64,000 bases of DNA from Blastocystis sp. ATCC 50177/Nand II (GCA_039096935.1 JBBPEE010000035.1:930001-994000); one strand, 5' to 3'; positions 1 through 13,393 are shown, counted from the stretch's first letter. The notes: a model not told the origin generated them from the sequence alone. Translations and numbers: made by a program.

Positions 1-1863
1 TGTACTGAAAGGCCCACGGCATGTGAACGCGAGTGAGGGAGGGAAGATCTGCGGTTCATTTATGGGATAAAGAGGTACTCTCCACAGTAATCGTATGAAC
101 GAAGCGAAAGGAGCAAGTGCTCCACCCCTCGGATGTAAGGGTAGTGAGTTTGGGCAAATCTAGTCATCAGGGCTGCTCGGGACGAATCACTGCGCAATAC
201 CAACTCGTTGTGCGGTTCTTGAGCATTGAAGGTGAATGCTCGCTCGCCCATTTGAATGGAGGTCAATTCGGGTAGATCTACTCCATCACTCTCCTCTTCA
301 GCCAACCACCCTCCAGCACAAGTCGATTGCATCGTTGGAACGCGTCCCCACCAAATCGAAGCGCCTTCAGCTTGGGGAGGTCTAATCGTCAATTCCTCCT
401 TCTTCCCCCACTTCGCAGTTCCAAGTTCGCAAAGCAGAAAACACAGCTTAGCAAATCCACACAGCCTATGTCCATGCTCTCCAATGAAGGGAGATTCTTA
501 ATCTCACACACGGAAAAGTCCTTGAAGGAGCCACGACCGATCTTCACCTCCTTCAGCTTCTCACAATCCTTCAGAAAGAAGTGCCGATTCGGATCCTTGC
601 CATCGATGATCAGATAGTTCAGCGTGCGGAAACTTCTCCCGCCAACCACGATGCGTTCCAGCTTCTTCAGTCCCACAATCACCACCCGAGTCACCCTCCG
701 GCAGCAGCTGTCGCCCGCCTTCAGCTCCACCAGGTTCACGAACCGGCTCATGTCCAGCACGGTCAGGTCCGTGTCCACCGACGGGTCGTCCTCCAGCAGG
801 ATGCTCTGCACCGTGGACTCCACGCGGTCCCAGTCCCGCTGGCACGTGATTCGCTCGGTGACTACCACGCGGGTTTGTATCATGAACGGAGGGTTTGTGT
901 CTTGTTGTGTTGATGGATCTGGCACGGTCAGTCTTTTCTCTTTGAGCTGGTCGACGCTCGCCTTCACGAAGGGATGCTCATCTTCAGTCCTTTGAGAAGC
1001 AACTCACTTCCATCAACTGTTCCACACTCCATCGCTCATTCACATCCCTCACCAAACACTTGTTCACAAAGTCCACGAACGCAGCAGACCACTTCTCGCT
1101 TGATAGAGAAGGAAGGGGCACATCAGAGCACACGATGTGTGTGATGGCGTAGGAAGTGCAACCCTCGAACGGATTCTTGCCTTCCGCTAGCTCGATTAGT
1201 GAGATGCCGAGAGACCACACGTCACTCTTCAACTCCGTTCTCCCATAATACACTTCAGGCGCCATGTACCACGATGTACCACACTTCGACTTCCGCCTTG
1301 AACAGGAACTGTTTAACTTGGCGGCCAGACCAACCTCGCCAAGTTTGATTTCCTTATCCCTTGAAAGGAACAGATTGTCGGGCTTGATGTCCTAGCGGCT
1401 CATTGGTATCACGATAGCACTACCCGATGAATCGTGTTGTTGGAATGCAGATAATCCAATCCCAACAAGCAGTCACTCGTAATCTCGCGCAATTCAGGTT
1501 CTGTGAATCGAATCCCCTTTTCCAGAAGGGATGCCAACGAACCGTATGGACAGTACTCCATAACAATCTATTCCATGATCAAGTCTCGAATGGCTCACAT
1601 AAAAGGAGTCCTGATCACAAAACGCGTCGTAGTACCTTACAATGAAATCGGAATCACACTGCTTGAGAATATGGACTTCATTCTGAAGCCCTTTGTGTTC
1701 CTTGTAGACTCTCGTTTTCTTGACTGCAACACGATTCCCATATTTGGAATCAAGCGCTAAATACACAATACCGAAGCTTCTACGAATTGAGCAAGATTCA
1801 CAGTTCTCACCCCTTTCCGATCTCCTTTTCGTAGTGATAACGACTGTTGGGAATGGATGTCAT
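1..1863 (-). CDS. STE20-like (pseudo)kinase fused to BspA-like leucine-rich repeats; multi-exon, 3' end runs off the window
   Basis: Spliced reading gives MTSIPNSRYHYEKEIGKG|SFGIVYLA...VAVKK...HRDIKPDN...KLGEVG...MAPE...SDVWSLG, then LRR units such as LKKLERIVVGGRSF and LPSLESMDIG. Introns are ~30-nt GT-AG. Confidence 0.75.
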
Positions 1864-2056
1864 GGATGAATGGATTTGAAATGGATACACTGAGAGTTAG
1901 ATAAGCAACGGGCCTTGATTCTAGCGTCTTTCTATTGTGTAGGTTGGTAATCGAATTATGGAGGATGATTTGGTTGTGTTTGGAGAAGGGATGCTTGAAT
2001 GGGAAGAGTGCTTGTTGTTGTTGGTGGAATGGTGAAAGGAGTGTAAAACAAAGATA

Positions 2057-3553
2057 TCAATGGAAGTACTGGGCAAATGCGCCAATGTCTATTGATTAGG
2101 GGAATTGCAAGGAATGGGACTTCCGGTGATGGAAACGTGTTTCCTTAAGTTGAATACTTTATCCGAAAGAGTAATTTCTGTGAGAGATGGTATGTCTAGT
2201 AGTGATTCACAAGAACAGAAGGAACTCTCAAGAATAATGGAATGAAGATAGTAGAATGCACCGCCGTATACCCCTTCTGCAGTGATTGAAGTGAGTTTAG
2301 GTAAGTCTGTGCATCATCTCTTTTCATCATTACCACTTCGCATGATCAATTCAGTTGAATTGACGTCATCATTATCGAAATCTAATGCATATTGGCCGAG
2401 TTGAATGGAAACCAATTCAGGCAAATCTATTCATCATTCTCTTTCAAGCAGATCCACTCTCAAACACAACACGAGAACACTCATTGAATGAATAAACGCC
2501 AAAGAGAAGGGATCTCAAGCTGGGCAAGTCTATTCATCATTCTATGCCGTCATCATCACTCCTCAATATCAATGAACCAAAAGAGAAGTTGCCACTATCT
2601 TCATTCATATCTCCAATCTCAATCACTTCCAAACTGGCATTATTCTCAATCTCACACACATCGTAGTCAGGGAAGGAATGTTTACCAATCTTCAACTCTC
2701 TCAGTCTCTCACAATTCTTCAAACAGAAATGCTGTCCCATATTCTCACGAAAGGAATCCACGCTGAAGCATTTTTCTCCAATAATCACCATCTCCAGCTT
2801 CTTCATTCCAATCAGCTTCACTTCCTCCACATACCTGAAACAGCTATCACCCACCTGCAGTGTCTTCAGATATGGAAGGGGTGAGAGATCGAAAACACTC
2901 CGTTCTTCTTTATTGCAACAGCCATTACTCACGATAAGCTCTTCAATGTGGTTGTGGAGGAGCTGATTCTCTTCACTCAGTACTACTCGCTTGGTCACTT
3001 GTTCGTCATTAAACCATTCCCCCTTGTAGACCGTGCTTCCTTTTCGATCATACTGAACACCTCGTCCCCATCGCTTTCCCTCACACCACTCGCCTTCATA
3101 TTCCATCACTCCAACATCAGCATAGTACCGAATGCCATAACACACACTCAAGTCTCCAATGCGGAATCCCTCATAAGCCATCCTGTTTTCACTATCATAC
3201 AACACGCCCCAACCATAGGGTTCATCATTCAACACATCACCTTCCCATCTCTCTCCATCATCACTCAAATCCAACACCACATTGTGTTCAATCCCGCTTA
3301 GAAGCTCATTATTCACCATCAGCAATTCTCTCTTCTTCACATTCACTTCAACCACTCTCTCCTTGCTCATTTCCACAACTAACTCCCCTCCCTTTCTCCA
3401 CACCCCATTAACAACATGCACACAGCCACGAGTGAATCGAATGTCAACAATCGAATTCAAAAGATGCATTCCCTCCTCAAATCCCTCCTTCTTCATCAAT
3501 CCAGCAAATTGTTTTATCTCCTTATTCCACCAACCCACTCTCATCGATCCCAC
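2057..3553 (-). CDS. MORN-repeat plus BspA-like LRR protein (kinase-less paralog of 23347..25741)
   Basis: MORN motifs RWEGDVLNDEPYGWG, EYEGEWCEGKRWGRG and VYKGEWFND, followed by LRRs on small exons. TGA at 2057-2059 is followed by TCTTTGTT. Start codon is uncertain. Confidence 0.7.
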
Positions 3554-3610
3554 TAGTCATCTACTCTTTCCCAACACAATTCTGACTCGGTTTTGCCAAA
3601 CAAACACCCC

Positions 3611-5211
3611 AAAACAGCACGGCTCTCCAAATGAACCCCCAGTTCGTATAGATCACAAGGGCACTCGCCACAGCCAGCACCACACCTCCCACCACCATTC
3701 CCTTCTCCACTCTCCTCCACCGTACCTCGTCATACTCCAAGTTAAACACTTCGTCAATCCAGTCGTTCACGAACGCTCCCACACTCATCCGCGCACGTCG
3801 CTTCTCGCCCTTCTCCTCCTCCTTCCCCGTCTCCTTCTCCTGCTTCACGCGGAAGGTCGCATCCGCGAACGCCTCCGCGCACTTCTCGTCGTGCGTCACC
3901 ACGATGTTGTCGAACGCCAGCCCCGCCTGCATCGTCCAGATCTCCACCGCCACGCCGCCCGCCGCCGGCAGGTTGTGCGGCCGCGGCTCCTCGAAGTGCG
4001 CGGGGTTGGCGATGATGCGCGGCATCCACGGCCCCTTGTACGCGGGGTTGGGAATCGTGCGGTACGGGTACGGACCCTTGTACGCAGGGTTGCGCACTAG
4101 CGGCTTCTCCCACACGCCGCACCCGCTCACCTGCTCGCAGCGCGGGTTGGGCACCAGCGGCGCCTCGTACGGCCCGTACTCCTCTTCGTCCCAGTCGGCG
4201 GGCGGCACGGCGGCAGGATCGGGCACCTGCAGCGGCTCCGCGTCCAGCCAGTCGGCGGGCTTCTGCGCCGCCTCGTCCACGACGAACTCGGGCTGCGACT
4301 CGTCCCAGTCGGCGGGCTTCACGTCGGTGGGGTCGCGAATGCGCCGCTCCTCCACCCAGTCGGCGGGCTTGCGGTCCGCAGGGTCGGGCATCGTCTATAC
4401 ATGAGCATAGGCAAGGACGGCTACGGCGGGGGTGGAGAAGGGCGGCTCGAAGTCGGTGTGGAGACTGCCCGTGAACTTGTTGATCTGGTCGATGAGGATC
4501 TCCACGCTGTCGTCGCGTCGGATAATCAGCGTGTACAGGTGCGTGTTCGTGTCGTTCACGGGCCGCGGGCCGCCGCGCAGGCGGTGCTCGCTCCACTGGC
4601 CGCTGACGGGGTTGAAGTGGGGGATGATCACGTGGATGCGGTCCGTTTTGCCGCAAAGGTCCGGACCGAACATCACCACGAACGGCGTGTCGTCGCGCAG
4701 CTCCTCTGCCGAGCGGATGGACCCGTCACGCAGCAGCTTGATGTACGCGCCGCCGCACTCCAGCGGCTTCTGGAACCGCACCTCGTACTGCAGAATCAGG
4801 TCCTTTTCGGTGTTGTCGATGGGATAGTCAAACAGACTCACGATCCCGTACCGTGTGGCGGGACGCTCCACGACCAGGGCCCGATCGCACTCCAGCGTGG
4901 GCTTCACGAACCCATACCCCCAAATCCACGACTGTCCCTTGTACTCTGGTTGTTTGCTCATGGTCCACTTTCCACTGTTGCTGCTGTCTCCCTGGAATGT
5001 CTCCAGATACTCGAGTTTGCACTGGGGAAGCGGGACCGTGTATTGCTTCTTGCATTCGTATTCAATCGGCTATGAATGATGTAAGGGAATAATGAAAAAC
5101 GGAATCGGAAGAGGCCGATGGGTTTTCAGCACCCACGGCAAACTCCATGGAATTCTCCATCGCGATGCATACTGCTGCGATTGCGATGAAAAGAAGCGTG
5201 TTTGCGCCCAT
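3611..5211 (-). CDS. CANX: Calnexin (calreticulin family)
   Basis: Signal peptide MGANTLLFIAIAAVCIA; LQYEVRFQKPLECGGAYIKLL; MFGPD; P-domain repeats KPADWDE and NPAYKGPW; C-terminal TM. Stop probably made by polyadenylation at 3611. Confidence 0.93.
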
Positions 5212-5368
5212 ATTCAGAGAGAATGTGTGATGCCAAAAGCAAGGGCGATTTTGGCGATTCGGAAAAGTCGGCAAATAGGGTTTGATTTGAAGAGAATTGC
5301 AGTTGAAACAGAATGCAAGGAGAATGTAGGAGAGTGGGCGGAGGGAGATGAGGAAACTAGTGAATGAT

Positions 5369-5779
5369 ATGACGTTGATGAATATGGGCAGCACGGGTGG
5401 GGAGAAGGAAGAGGAGCGTGATGGGTGTAGATGCGTTCGATAACGAGATTACAACGCAGCAGGTGACGACAAACGAGAAGGTGCATATCCTGAGCGATGG
5501 GAGAGGCGAGAGTGGGTTCTTAACGCAGCACACATTCGCATTCAGCAGCGAAATGGGCGAAAGAGCATCACGACAGTGCAGGGTTTGGCGACAGATTTGA
5601 ACCTGAAGCTGATTCTGAAGACGTGGAAGAGGAGTTTCACGTGCAACGGCGCGATTGTGGATGACGAGGAGCATGGCAAGATCATTCAGCTGCAGGGAGA
5701 CCAGAGAACGAATGTGCGTGATTTCCTGGTGAACGAGGAGATCAACCGCAAGGAGGACATCATCGTTCACGGTTTCTGA
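5369..5779 (+). CDS. SUI1: Translation initiation factor eIF1 (SUI1)
   Basis: VHIRIQQRNGRKSITTVQG...IIQLQGDQR...IIVHGF*. The frame needs a U12 AT-AC intron at 5485-5531. Confidence 0.95.
5485..5531 (+). other. U12-type AT-AC intron (47 nt) in eIF1
   Basis: 5' ATATCCTG, branch TTCTTAAC, 3' CAC; removal restores VHIRIQQR. Confidence 0.92.
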
Positions 5780-6269
5780 GTTTGCTTGTCTGTTTATGCT
5801 TGTTGGTTTCTCTGTTTGTTGAGATGCCGGTAATGAATTGGTTGGTAGGGTGATGAGCGAAAGCGCACTATTGGTCTTCATTCAGAGCGTACTTCATTTC
5901 CTCCCTTCCATTCCATTGTTTCATTGCATTGCTACATGGTGGGATCGATTGCATTGAAGGTGTCCTCATTTGTGGATGCGACTCTCGTTTGCTATCGTTG
6001 ATATGCTGATAGGATAGAACTGCATTTCTCGATCCAATCAGCGTGTTGATAAGGATGCGAACGCGATTCGCGACTGGATGAATGATTGCGTCTGAACTTG
6101 GAAGTGCATTGAAGAATAGATACGAAGTGGAACCATTGAGGACTTGGATTTGACGTTTTCTTCCTTCGATTGTGACGAGTGTTTTGTTCGGGTCATCGAT
6201 GTGCCCAGTTCAAGTACGGAATGTGAAAAGGCAAATGAGACAAATGGCAGCAAGACAAATCCTCCTCAA

Positions 6270-7605
6270 ATGGACATTGATACGTATTCCTCAGTATAAT
6301 GATTACTGTGTAGAGTGGAGAAGCAGCTTGTGGAAAAGTATGATGGAATGTCCCTAAAGCAGTTGAAGGAGGAATGCGCTCGGAAGGGCATTTCCTGTAG
6401 TGGTTTGCACTACGAGTATGTGAAGAAGCTTGTCAGCTATGAAATGGAGAAGAGAGTAGGGACGGTTCTCTTTCTGAAGGGATAGGGGTTTCATGATCGA
6501 CCGATCACATGGAAGCCAAAGGAATTTCCATCAGCGCAATCCAGTGGTTGTATTGTGGATGTATCAAGTGCAGATCGTTTCGTTGGAGTGAACACCACGG
6601 TAACAAAGGCTGTATTGCCAACAACTTGTTTTGTTTGTCCTTTTCTTTCATCCTAGATGCCCATCCCGACACTTCTATCTCCCCCACAAAGCCTCTCATT
6701 CCCTCTCCTGTCATTTCTCCCAAAATCGTACCGAAATCTGGCACTTCCAGTCCCTCCACACGCTCTCCCTCGCCTCGCTTCTTCTCTCCTTCACAGCCTC
6801 GCACACGCCCTCCGGGCATCACTCTTCTCACACCCACACGCCTGCCCCAACCATCCCCCAATTCGCGACCTCACTCTCCAATGGCAGGAACGCCCACCTC
6901 AGGCCCTGTTCCCCGCGGTAGCCCCCCACGAGGAGGATTCGGAAACGCCGCGTCGCCACGCGCACCGTCGCCAACCATCATCACGAAACCACCGTCGCCA
7001 ACCATCATCACGAAACCACCGTCGCCGTCGCGTGTGGCTCCAAAGAATCAGCCGCTGCACAGCGGTGTGGTGATGCAATCGGTGGTGCCAACCGTGGCAC
7101 TGTACGCATCGTCGAAGCAAGAGAAGCCAGCAGCAAAGCCAGCAGCAAAGCCAGCAGCAAAGCCAGGAGTGCCGGCGCAAGTGACGGTGGTGAAGAAGAA
7201 GGTGGACACGATTGAAGACAAGCTGCAACGAATGAAGATGCCGGAGTGGGCGAAGGGCGAGGCGTTGAAGCGTGCGCTGCACAGACAGTACGAGATGGAG
7301 GTGCGATTTGTTCGGGTTTTGAGGGTGGGTGAGGTGTAGGGATTCAAGGCGGAGAGTGTGTTTGGATTCCCTGACGAGGGAGTGAAGTTGGAGAGTGAAG
7401 GAAGAGGAGGAGAATGAGAAGTAGAGATTATTGACGGGCTGAGGAGTGCGGCGAGGGTTCGGGGGTCTTCCGCGAATTGGAGCCAGGACATGTGCTTTGA
7501 GACGGAGGAGCCGCCGCGGGAGATTGAGCTGAGTGATGATGGACTGGATGTGTTCGAGTCGGATTCGAGTTCGAGTGATTCTTCGTTTTCGCTTTCAACT
7601 GATTA
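6270..7605 (+). CDS. INCENP-like protein with a C-terminal IN-box and an N-terminal SAP-like motif
   Basis: C-terminal MPEWAKGEALKRALHRQ...RVRGSSANW matches the Aurora-binding IN-box. Ser/Pro-rich middle. N-terminal YDGMSLKQLKEECARKGISCSG is SAP-like. The 5' part could be a separate gene. Confidence 0.65.
6963..7165 (+). repeat. Coding tandem repeats in the INCENP-like gene (27-bp PSPTIITKP x2; 12-bp KPAA x3)
   Basis: caccgtcgccaaccatcatcacgaaac is duplicated and aagccagcagca is triplicated. Confidence 0.85.
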
Positions 7606-7734
7606 ACGAGGTGTGTGATTGCTTTATTTCTTCCAAACGAGTGACCCGGACAATTGGCTTTGAGAGAGACAGTCTTTCTCACTTTCTTCCTTCATTGGAG
7701 TCACAGGAACCGGGACAATCGTTTATACACTGCA

Positions 7735-10700
7735 ATGAAGAAGAAAGAGGAGAAGGAAACGACCGTCGTGGAGGAAGAGGATGAAGAGTCCCAAGCGTCA
7801 GAGTCGGAGGGTTGGAACGATGGGTGGAATAAAATCATGAATAGAACTCGAATCGTTGGATAATGGCATCGACGACTCTCCTATGGAATCTACGATGGAT
7901 GCTGCGTTGCTAATGGAGGTAATGTGTTCATGGAACGAATGAATGAGTGTAGAGGCGAAAGAAAGCGGAATTGGAGGAAAGACGCTATAATCAGATTCAT
8001 GAAAGACAAATTCAGCTATTGCAAGCAATCAAGGAGAAGGAGTCAACGCAGAATGGCATGACAGCTGATTCAACCTGATGTGTAGGATCCTCCGTAATTT
8101 CGCCTCTCGACAGTCTCGCACAGCAAGCAGAAGTGTACACAACGTTTATGCACAACATGACGGAGATCAAACCAGAGGAAGCGCAGAAGGAGTCTAAAGA
8201 GGAGAATCGGAGAGTTTTCTCATCGTTGTGATCTGAAAGTGTAGAGACGAGGTGGAAATGCGGATGATGACAAAACGGAGGTGGAGAATGACAACACGTC
8301 TGTGACACGTCTGCTATCCCAGCCGAAGTGCATCACGGGTGGTACGATGCGTTCCTATCAGTTGGAAGGCCTGAATTGGTTAATCGCGCTCTACGACACG
8401 GGAATCAGCGGCATTCTTGCTGACGAGATGGGTCTTGGAAAGACCCTTCAGACCATATCGCTGCTGGGATACCTCTACGAGAGCCGAGCCATGGATGGTG
8501 AGTTCTGTTCCATCTCGTCAACCGCAGGTCCGCACATTGTTATTGTTCCGAAGTCCACTCTGTCCAATTGGCGCCGCGAGTTCGCGAAGTGGTGTCCGTG
8601 CTTGCGCGTGGTCGTGTTGCAAGGCAATCAGGAAACCCGCGCGCAAATCATCGAGAAGTACGTCAAGCCAATGTCGTTCCATGTGCTGATCACGAGTTAC
8701 GAGATGGTGCTGAGAGAGAAGGCGACGCTGAGTGCCGTGGAATGGTCCTATCTTATCATCGATGAAGCACACCGCATCAAGAATGAGCAGAGCGCGCTCA
8801 GCATCGTCGTGCGGCAGCTGAGCACCAAGTATCGACTTTTGGTGACGGGCACCCCACTCCAGAACAACCTGCATGAGCTGTGGGCGCTGCTGAACTTTTT
8901 GATGCCAAATGTGTTCAGCTCCGCCGATGTGTTTGACTCCTACTTCAAGACTTCCATTCAGAGCGATTTGGTGAAACGCCTCCACACCGTGAGTTCCACG
9001 AATTCATATGAGAAGTAGATTCTTCGGCCGTTTTTGCTGCGGCGCCTCAAGACGGATGTGGAGACGGACCTGCCGCCGAAGAAGGAGATCAAGCTGTTTG
9101 TGGGCCTGACGGACATGCAGCTGTTTTGGTACAAGAATGTGCTGCGCAAGGTGAAAATGGGGATAGAAGATGAGGCGTAGGATATTGAAGCGTTGAACAG
9201 CATCGGAGGCGCGTCGCGCGTCCAACTGCAGAACATTCTAATGCAGCTGAGAAAGGTGTGTAACCACCCGTACTTGTTCCAAGGAGCCGAGCCGGGTGAG
9301 TGTGGGTGAGAGGTGTGATTGGTTAGGCCCCCCCTACACGGATGGTCCGCATCTGTGGGAGAACAGCGGAAAGATGCAGTTGTTGGACAAGCTGCTGGCG
9401 AAGGTGAAGGAGCAGGGAAGCCGTGTTCTTCTCTTCAGCCAAGTGGGAGAGGATCGAGTGAGTGATGATCAGATGACAAGAATGCTGGACATTTTGGAGG
9501 ACTACATGCGAATCAAGGGATATGAGTATTGCCGTATTGATGGTCAGACCACCGTGGGGTTGAAAATGGTGGATCACACTCAGGGAGAAGAGCGTGAAGT
9601 GCGCATGGATGCGTTTAACGCACCGGATTCGACCAAGTTCTGCTTCTTGTTGAGCACTCGCGCTGGAGGGTTGGGAATCAATCTGGCGACAGCCGACGTG
9701 GTGATTCTGTATGACAGTGATTGGAACCCACAGGCAGACCTGCAGGCAGAGGATCGTGCGCACCGAATCGGGCAGAAGAAGCTGGTGCGTGTGTTCCGAC
9801 TGATCACGGAGCACACGGTGGAAGAGAAGATCATCGAGCGAGCGGAGAAGAAGCTGTTGTTGGATGCGGTGGTGATCCAGGAGGGAAGACTGGCCTCAAA
9901 CAACCACGTGTCGACGAGCGAAATGGCAAACATTGTGACGTACGGCGCGGACTTCATCGTGTCGTCGGAGAAGGGAACGTACACGGTGCGGGTCGTGGCG
10001 AAGAATGACGCGTAGGACGAAGACATTGACAAGATCCTGAAGTACGGAGAGGAGCGAACGCAGAAGGATCACGAGAAGATGAAGTCAAACCTGTCAAAGC
10101 TGTCTTCGTTTTCGCTGTCGGGAAAGGACGAAATCGACATTTATCAGTTTGAAGGGAAGAATTGGCGAAAGAGAGGAGTGGTTTCGACCTTCATCAATCT
10201 GCCGGCAAGAACGAAGAAACGACTTCACGGAGGCGAGAAGAAGCAGGAGAAGGCAGTGAAGATTTATTGCCCCTATCAGGAGTTCCAGCTGTACAACGTG
10301 CCTGCTCTGCGTACCATTCTGGAGCGAGAAAGTGAAATCGACCAGCATCGAAGAGTGTTGATGCAGGTGGGTGTGGGTGGAGAGAGTGAGGGATAGAAGG
10401 TGCGGGAATACCAGATCCAGTGTGATCGGGGAACGGACCGGACGGAGGACATTCGCCAGTTGGAGGAAGAGATTGCAAAAGTGGGGGTGCTTGGGGGAAT
10501 GGAGAGGTAGTGCTGTTTGTCGCCGGAAGAGTTGGAGGAGAAGGAGAAGTACATCAGCGAAGGGTTCCCGGACTGGAGTCGGAGCGATTATCGGTGGAGA
10601 AGAGAGAGGCGATTCATAATGCAGGCACTTCATCCAGGCTTGCGAGACGTTTGGACGGAAGAACACGGGAGCGATTGTGGAGCGCGTCGTGGAGGCGACA

Positions 10701-11334
10701 GGCAAGTCAAGCCAGGAGATTCGGAATTACATGAACGCCTTCTGGAAGAAGTGAGAAGTGAACGAAGACGTTGAGCGTAGGGCCCCTGTGATTCCAGGAT
10801 TCAAGCGAACGATCACGAAGATTGAGAAGGGAGAATTGCGCATCGAGAGAAAGCGCGATATTCAATTCGTAGATACGGGTAGTCGCAGTAACGAGTAGTG
10901 CATTGCAAGGAAGATTAGCGAGTATGCCCAGCCCTACGTGGAATTCGTGTTGCCGAAGGGAGTGGCGAATGGAAAAGGGTTTAATGAAGAGCACGATCGC
11001 TTTCTGTTGTTTTGCATGGCACAGGTTGGGGAGGAAAGGGGGATGTGAGGAGTAGATTGGATATGGCAACTGGGAAGCCATCCGGCAAGAGATCCAGCGA
11101 TGCCGTCCGTTCCAGTTTGACTGGTTCTTCCGAACGAGAACGCCGCAGGAGATCCAGAGACAGTGCGACTTCATTGTCCGGTCGATCGAGAAGGAGCAGG
11201 ATCGCAAATCGTCGAAGAGACGTGGTTCTGCGAAGCGCGAGAGTGACGAGGACGATATCGAGATGAAGAAAGAGGAGAAGAAGAAGATGCCTCGTAAGCG
11301 AAGACGAAAGGAAGTTCCAATGGAAGGGGAATAG
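7735..11334 (+). CDS. ISWI: ISWI/SNF2H chromatin-remodelling ATPase
   Basis: [77 protein letters not shown], and a SANT/SLIDE-like C-terminus ([11 protein letters not shown]). Confidence 0.93.
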
Positions 11335-11487
11335 CCGTTTCTACGTCCTTTTATAGTTCATTGGGTCTGTTTGTCAAAGCGTACAAATCGATTCTGTGAC
11401 AGAACTGGTGCAGCCAATAGGATCGCACAAGTGCTCTCCCTTGGTCAATCGTATTCCACTGTTAAAGAATCGTTTAATCAAACGTAA

Positions 11488-12599
11488 ATGGAAAAATCAG
11501 AAAAGCCGAGCAAGACCTGGGCTGTAGTCAGTGTTATAGCGGGAATTGCAGTAGCTGCCGGGATCATCCTGCTGAGTCATGCTCACATGAAAGCATAACG
11601 CATAGTATTTGGACCGAACCAACTGCTGCCTTCTCCGTGGAACTACATCTCTCAGTACGTTGGATGGCTCTACTTCTGCTGTTGGAGCATTTCCTTCTAT
11701 CCGCAGGTGCCTTGTGCGTGCGATTCCGTGACGGTCGTAGGTCTTCCTCAACTACCGAAGAAAGTCGGTTGTGGGACTGTCCTTCGACTTTTTGGCGTAT
11801 AACTTCGTTGCCTTCACGTGCTACACCATCTACAACTTCTCCATGATGTACGTCCCGGAGATCCGGCGGGAGTACTGGGAAATGTTCCACCAGCACGTTC
11901 CGGTAGAGACGCTCAAGCGCTTTTCACCCTAGGTGGTGATGAACGACCTATTCTTTTCCGCGCACGCCATGCTCATCACCGCCTTCACCATCTTCCAGAC
12001 CTTCATATACGAGCGAAATGGGCAGAAAGTGAGCAACACGGCGATTATCATCCTCTGCGTGATCCTCCTCATCGTGGTGGTGTGCATTGTGGGTGTCTGG
12101 ATGCATTGGTTCTCGTGGTTGAATCCCCTCATGGTCATCATCGTCTTCTCCAACATCAAGTTGGTGATCAGCTTCATCAAGTACATCCCTCAGCTCATGT
12201 TCAACTATCGTCGGAAGTCAACATATCCTAGCCAAGATTTCACATGAATTCCTTCACCGCAATGTGGGTTGGACGATTTACAACATCCTTTTAGATTTCT
12301 CTGGCGGCACCTTATCCATCATTCAGTTCTTCATGAATTGTGCGATTCTGAGTACCTCTAGAAGGAGTAGATGACGGGTAGATGAATGGTCGGGATTGAA
12401 GAGCAATATCGTGAAACTGGGTTTGGGGAGTGTCAGCATGTTCTTTGACATTCTCTTCATGATTCAACACTACATTCTGTATCCCAATCACGACGAGGCT
12501 CCCCTTTCAGAGCCCCTCGTGCTCGACAGCATTGAGAAGCAGGAGCGCACCCACTCTCATCACAAGCTTGTCAGTCTGAACTCCATTAAAACGCCTTAG
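11488..12599 (+). CDS. CTNS: Cystinosin (PQ-loop lysosomal cystine transporter)
   Basis: WSISFYPQ, RRKSVVGLSFDF, KYIPQLMFNYRRKST|VGWTIYNILLDFSGG and FDILFMIQHYILY. Contains a U12 AT-AA intron. Confidence 0.92.
12223..12262 (+). other. U12-type AT-AA intron (40 nt) in cystinosin
   Basis: 5' ATATCCTA, branch TTCCTTCAC, 3' CAA; removal restores RKSTVGW. Confidence 0.85.
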
Positions 12600-12643
12600 T
12601 TGTAACGATTTGTTGAAAACAGGTCATAAATCAATTATATTAC

Positions 12644-13393
12644 TTAATGCTCCATTTCCTCGCGAGGAACAGGGTCAGGGAGGACCTTGCTCTTCTTAAT
12701 CACACGATCGTCCAGAGTCGGACCCACGCCGTGATAGCCACGACTACACCTCACTGCAACCCCACAGCACTACCAAGACTCAAGAATCGACGCCAGGGCG
12801 CCCACAAAGAACGTCAGCTTGAAGAAGTCGGGGACATTGCCGCGCTACCCATCATTCTCCTCTCCCTCGGCCTACAGCAAGACCGGCCACAGCACCGGCA
12901 GCAGCGCCGGACACGAAGTAGCCCCACCAGTCGTTCTTGTTGCGGATCGTGTACTACGTCTTACACCCCACATCAATTGTTCACCATCCACGTGCCAAAG
13001 CCCTCGTAGGCAGCGCCGCACAGAGAGAGGATGATCTACCCGATCACAGCACCCACACACCCCAAACGGCCGGACGAATGATCATCTTCGCGGAGCGAGC
13101 GAGCGTGGTCGGACGAACTATGCCTCACTTCCCTGCGCCTGCGCCCTCACTGTCAGGTCTGTAGGGAGGACGAACCCACACGGTGCTCACGCCTCCGAAG
13201 AAGGAGCCGATGGCAATGCCGGACCACTACGCCGTGAGGCGAGATACGCGCTTCCCACGAAACCGCGAGTGATTCTCCTCTTGTAGTCCTTATCGTCTGT
13301 AGGCTTCATCGTCGCCTTGAACTTTTCCCAAGCGCGCATTATGGTACGAATCGAAGGGATCTTGAGCGTCTTCCCTCTCGCGCGTTCCGTCAT
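12644..13393 (-). CDS. Tim17/Tim22/Tim23-family membrane protein (translocase subunit or NDUFA11-like)
   Basis: Spliced reading gives IAIGSFFGG, CGAAYEGFG and IRNKNDWWGYFVSGAAAGAVAGLA, i.e. the Tim17 R-K-D-W-x-N-type motif plus glycine zippers. Confidence 0.7.

Noticed and set aside
7735..11334. Apparent frameshifts and stops suggesting pseudogenes or an alternative genetic code
   Set aside because: Those I traced are resolved by ~30-nt spliceosomal introns under the standard code.
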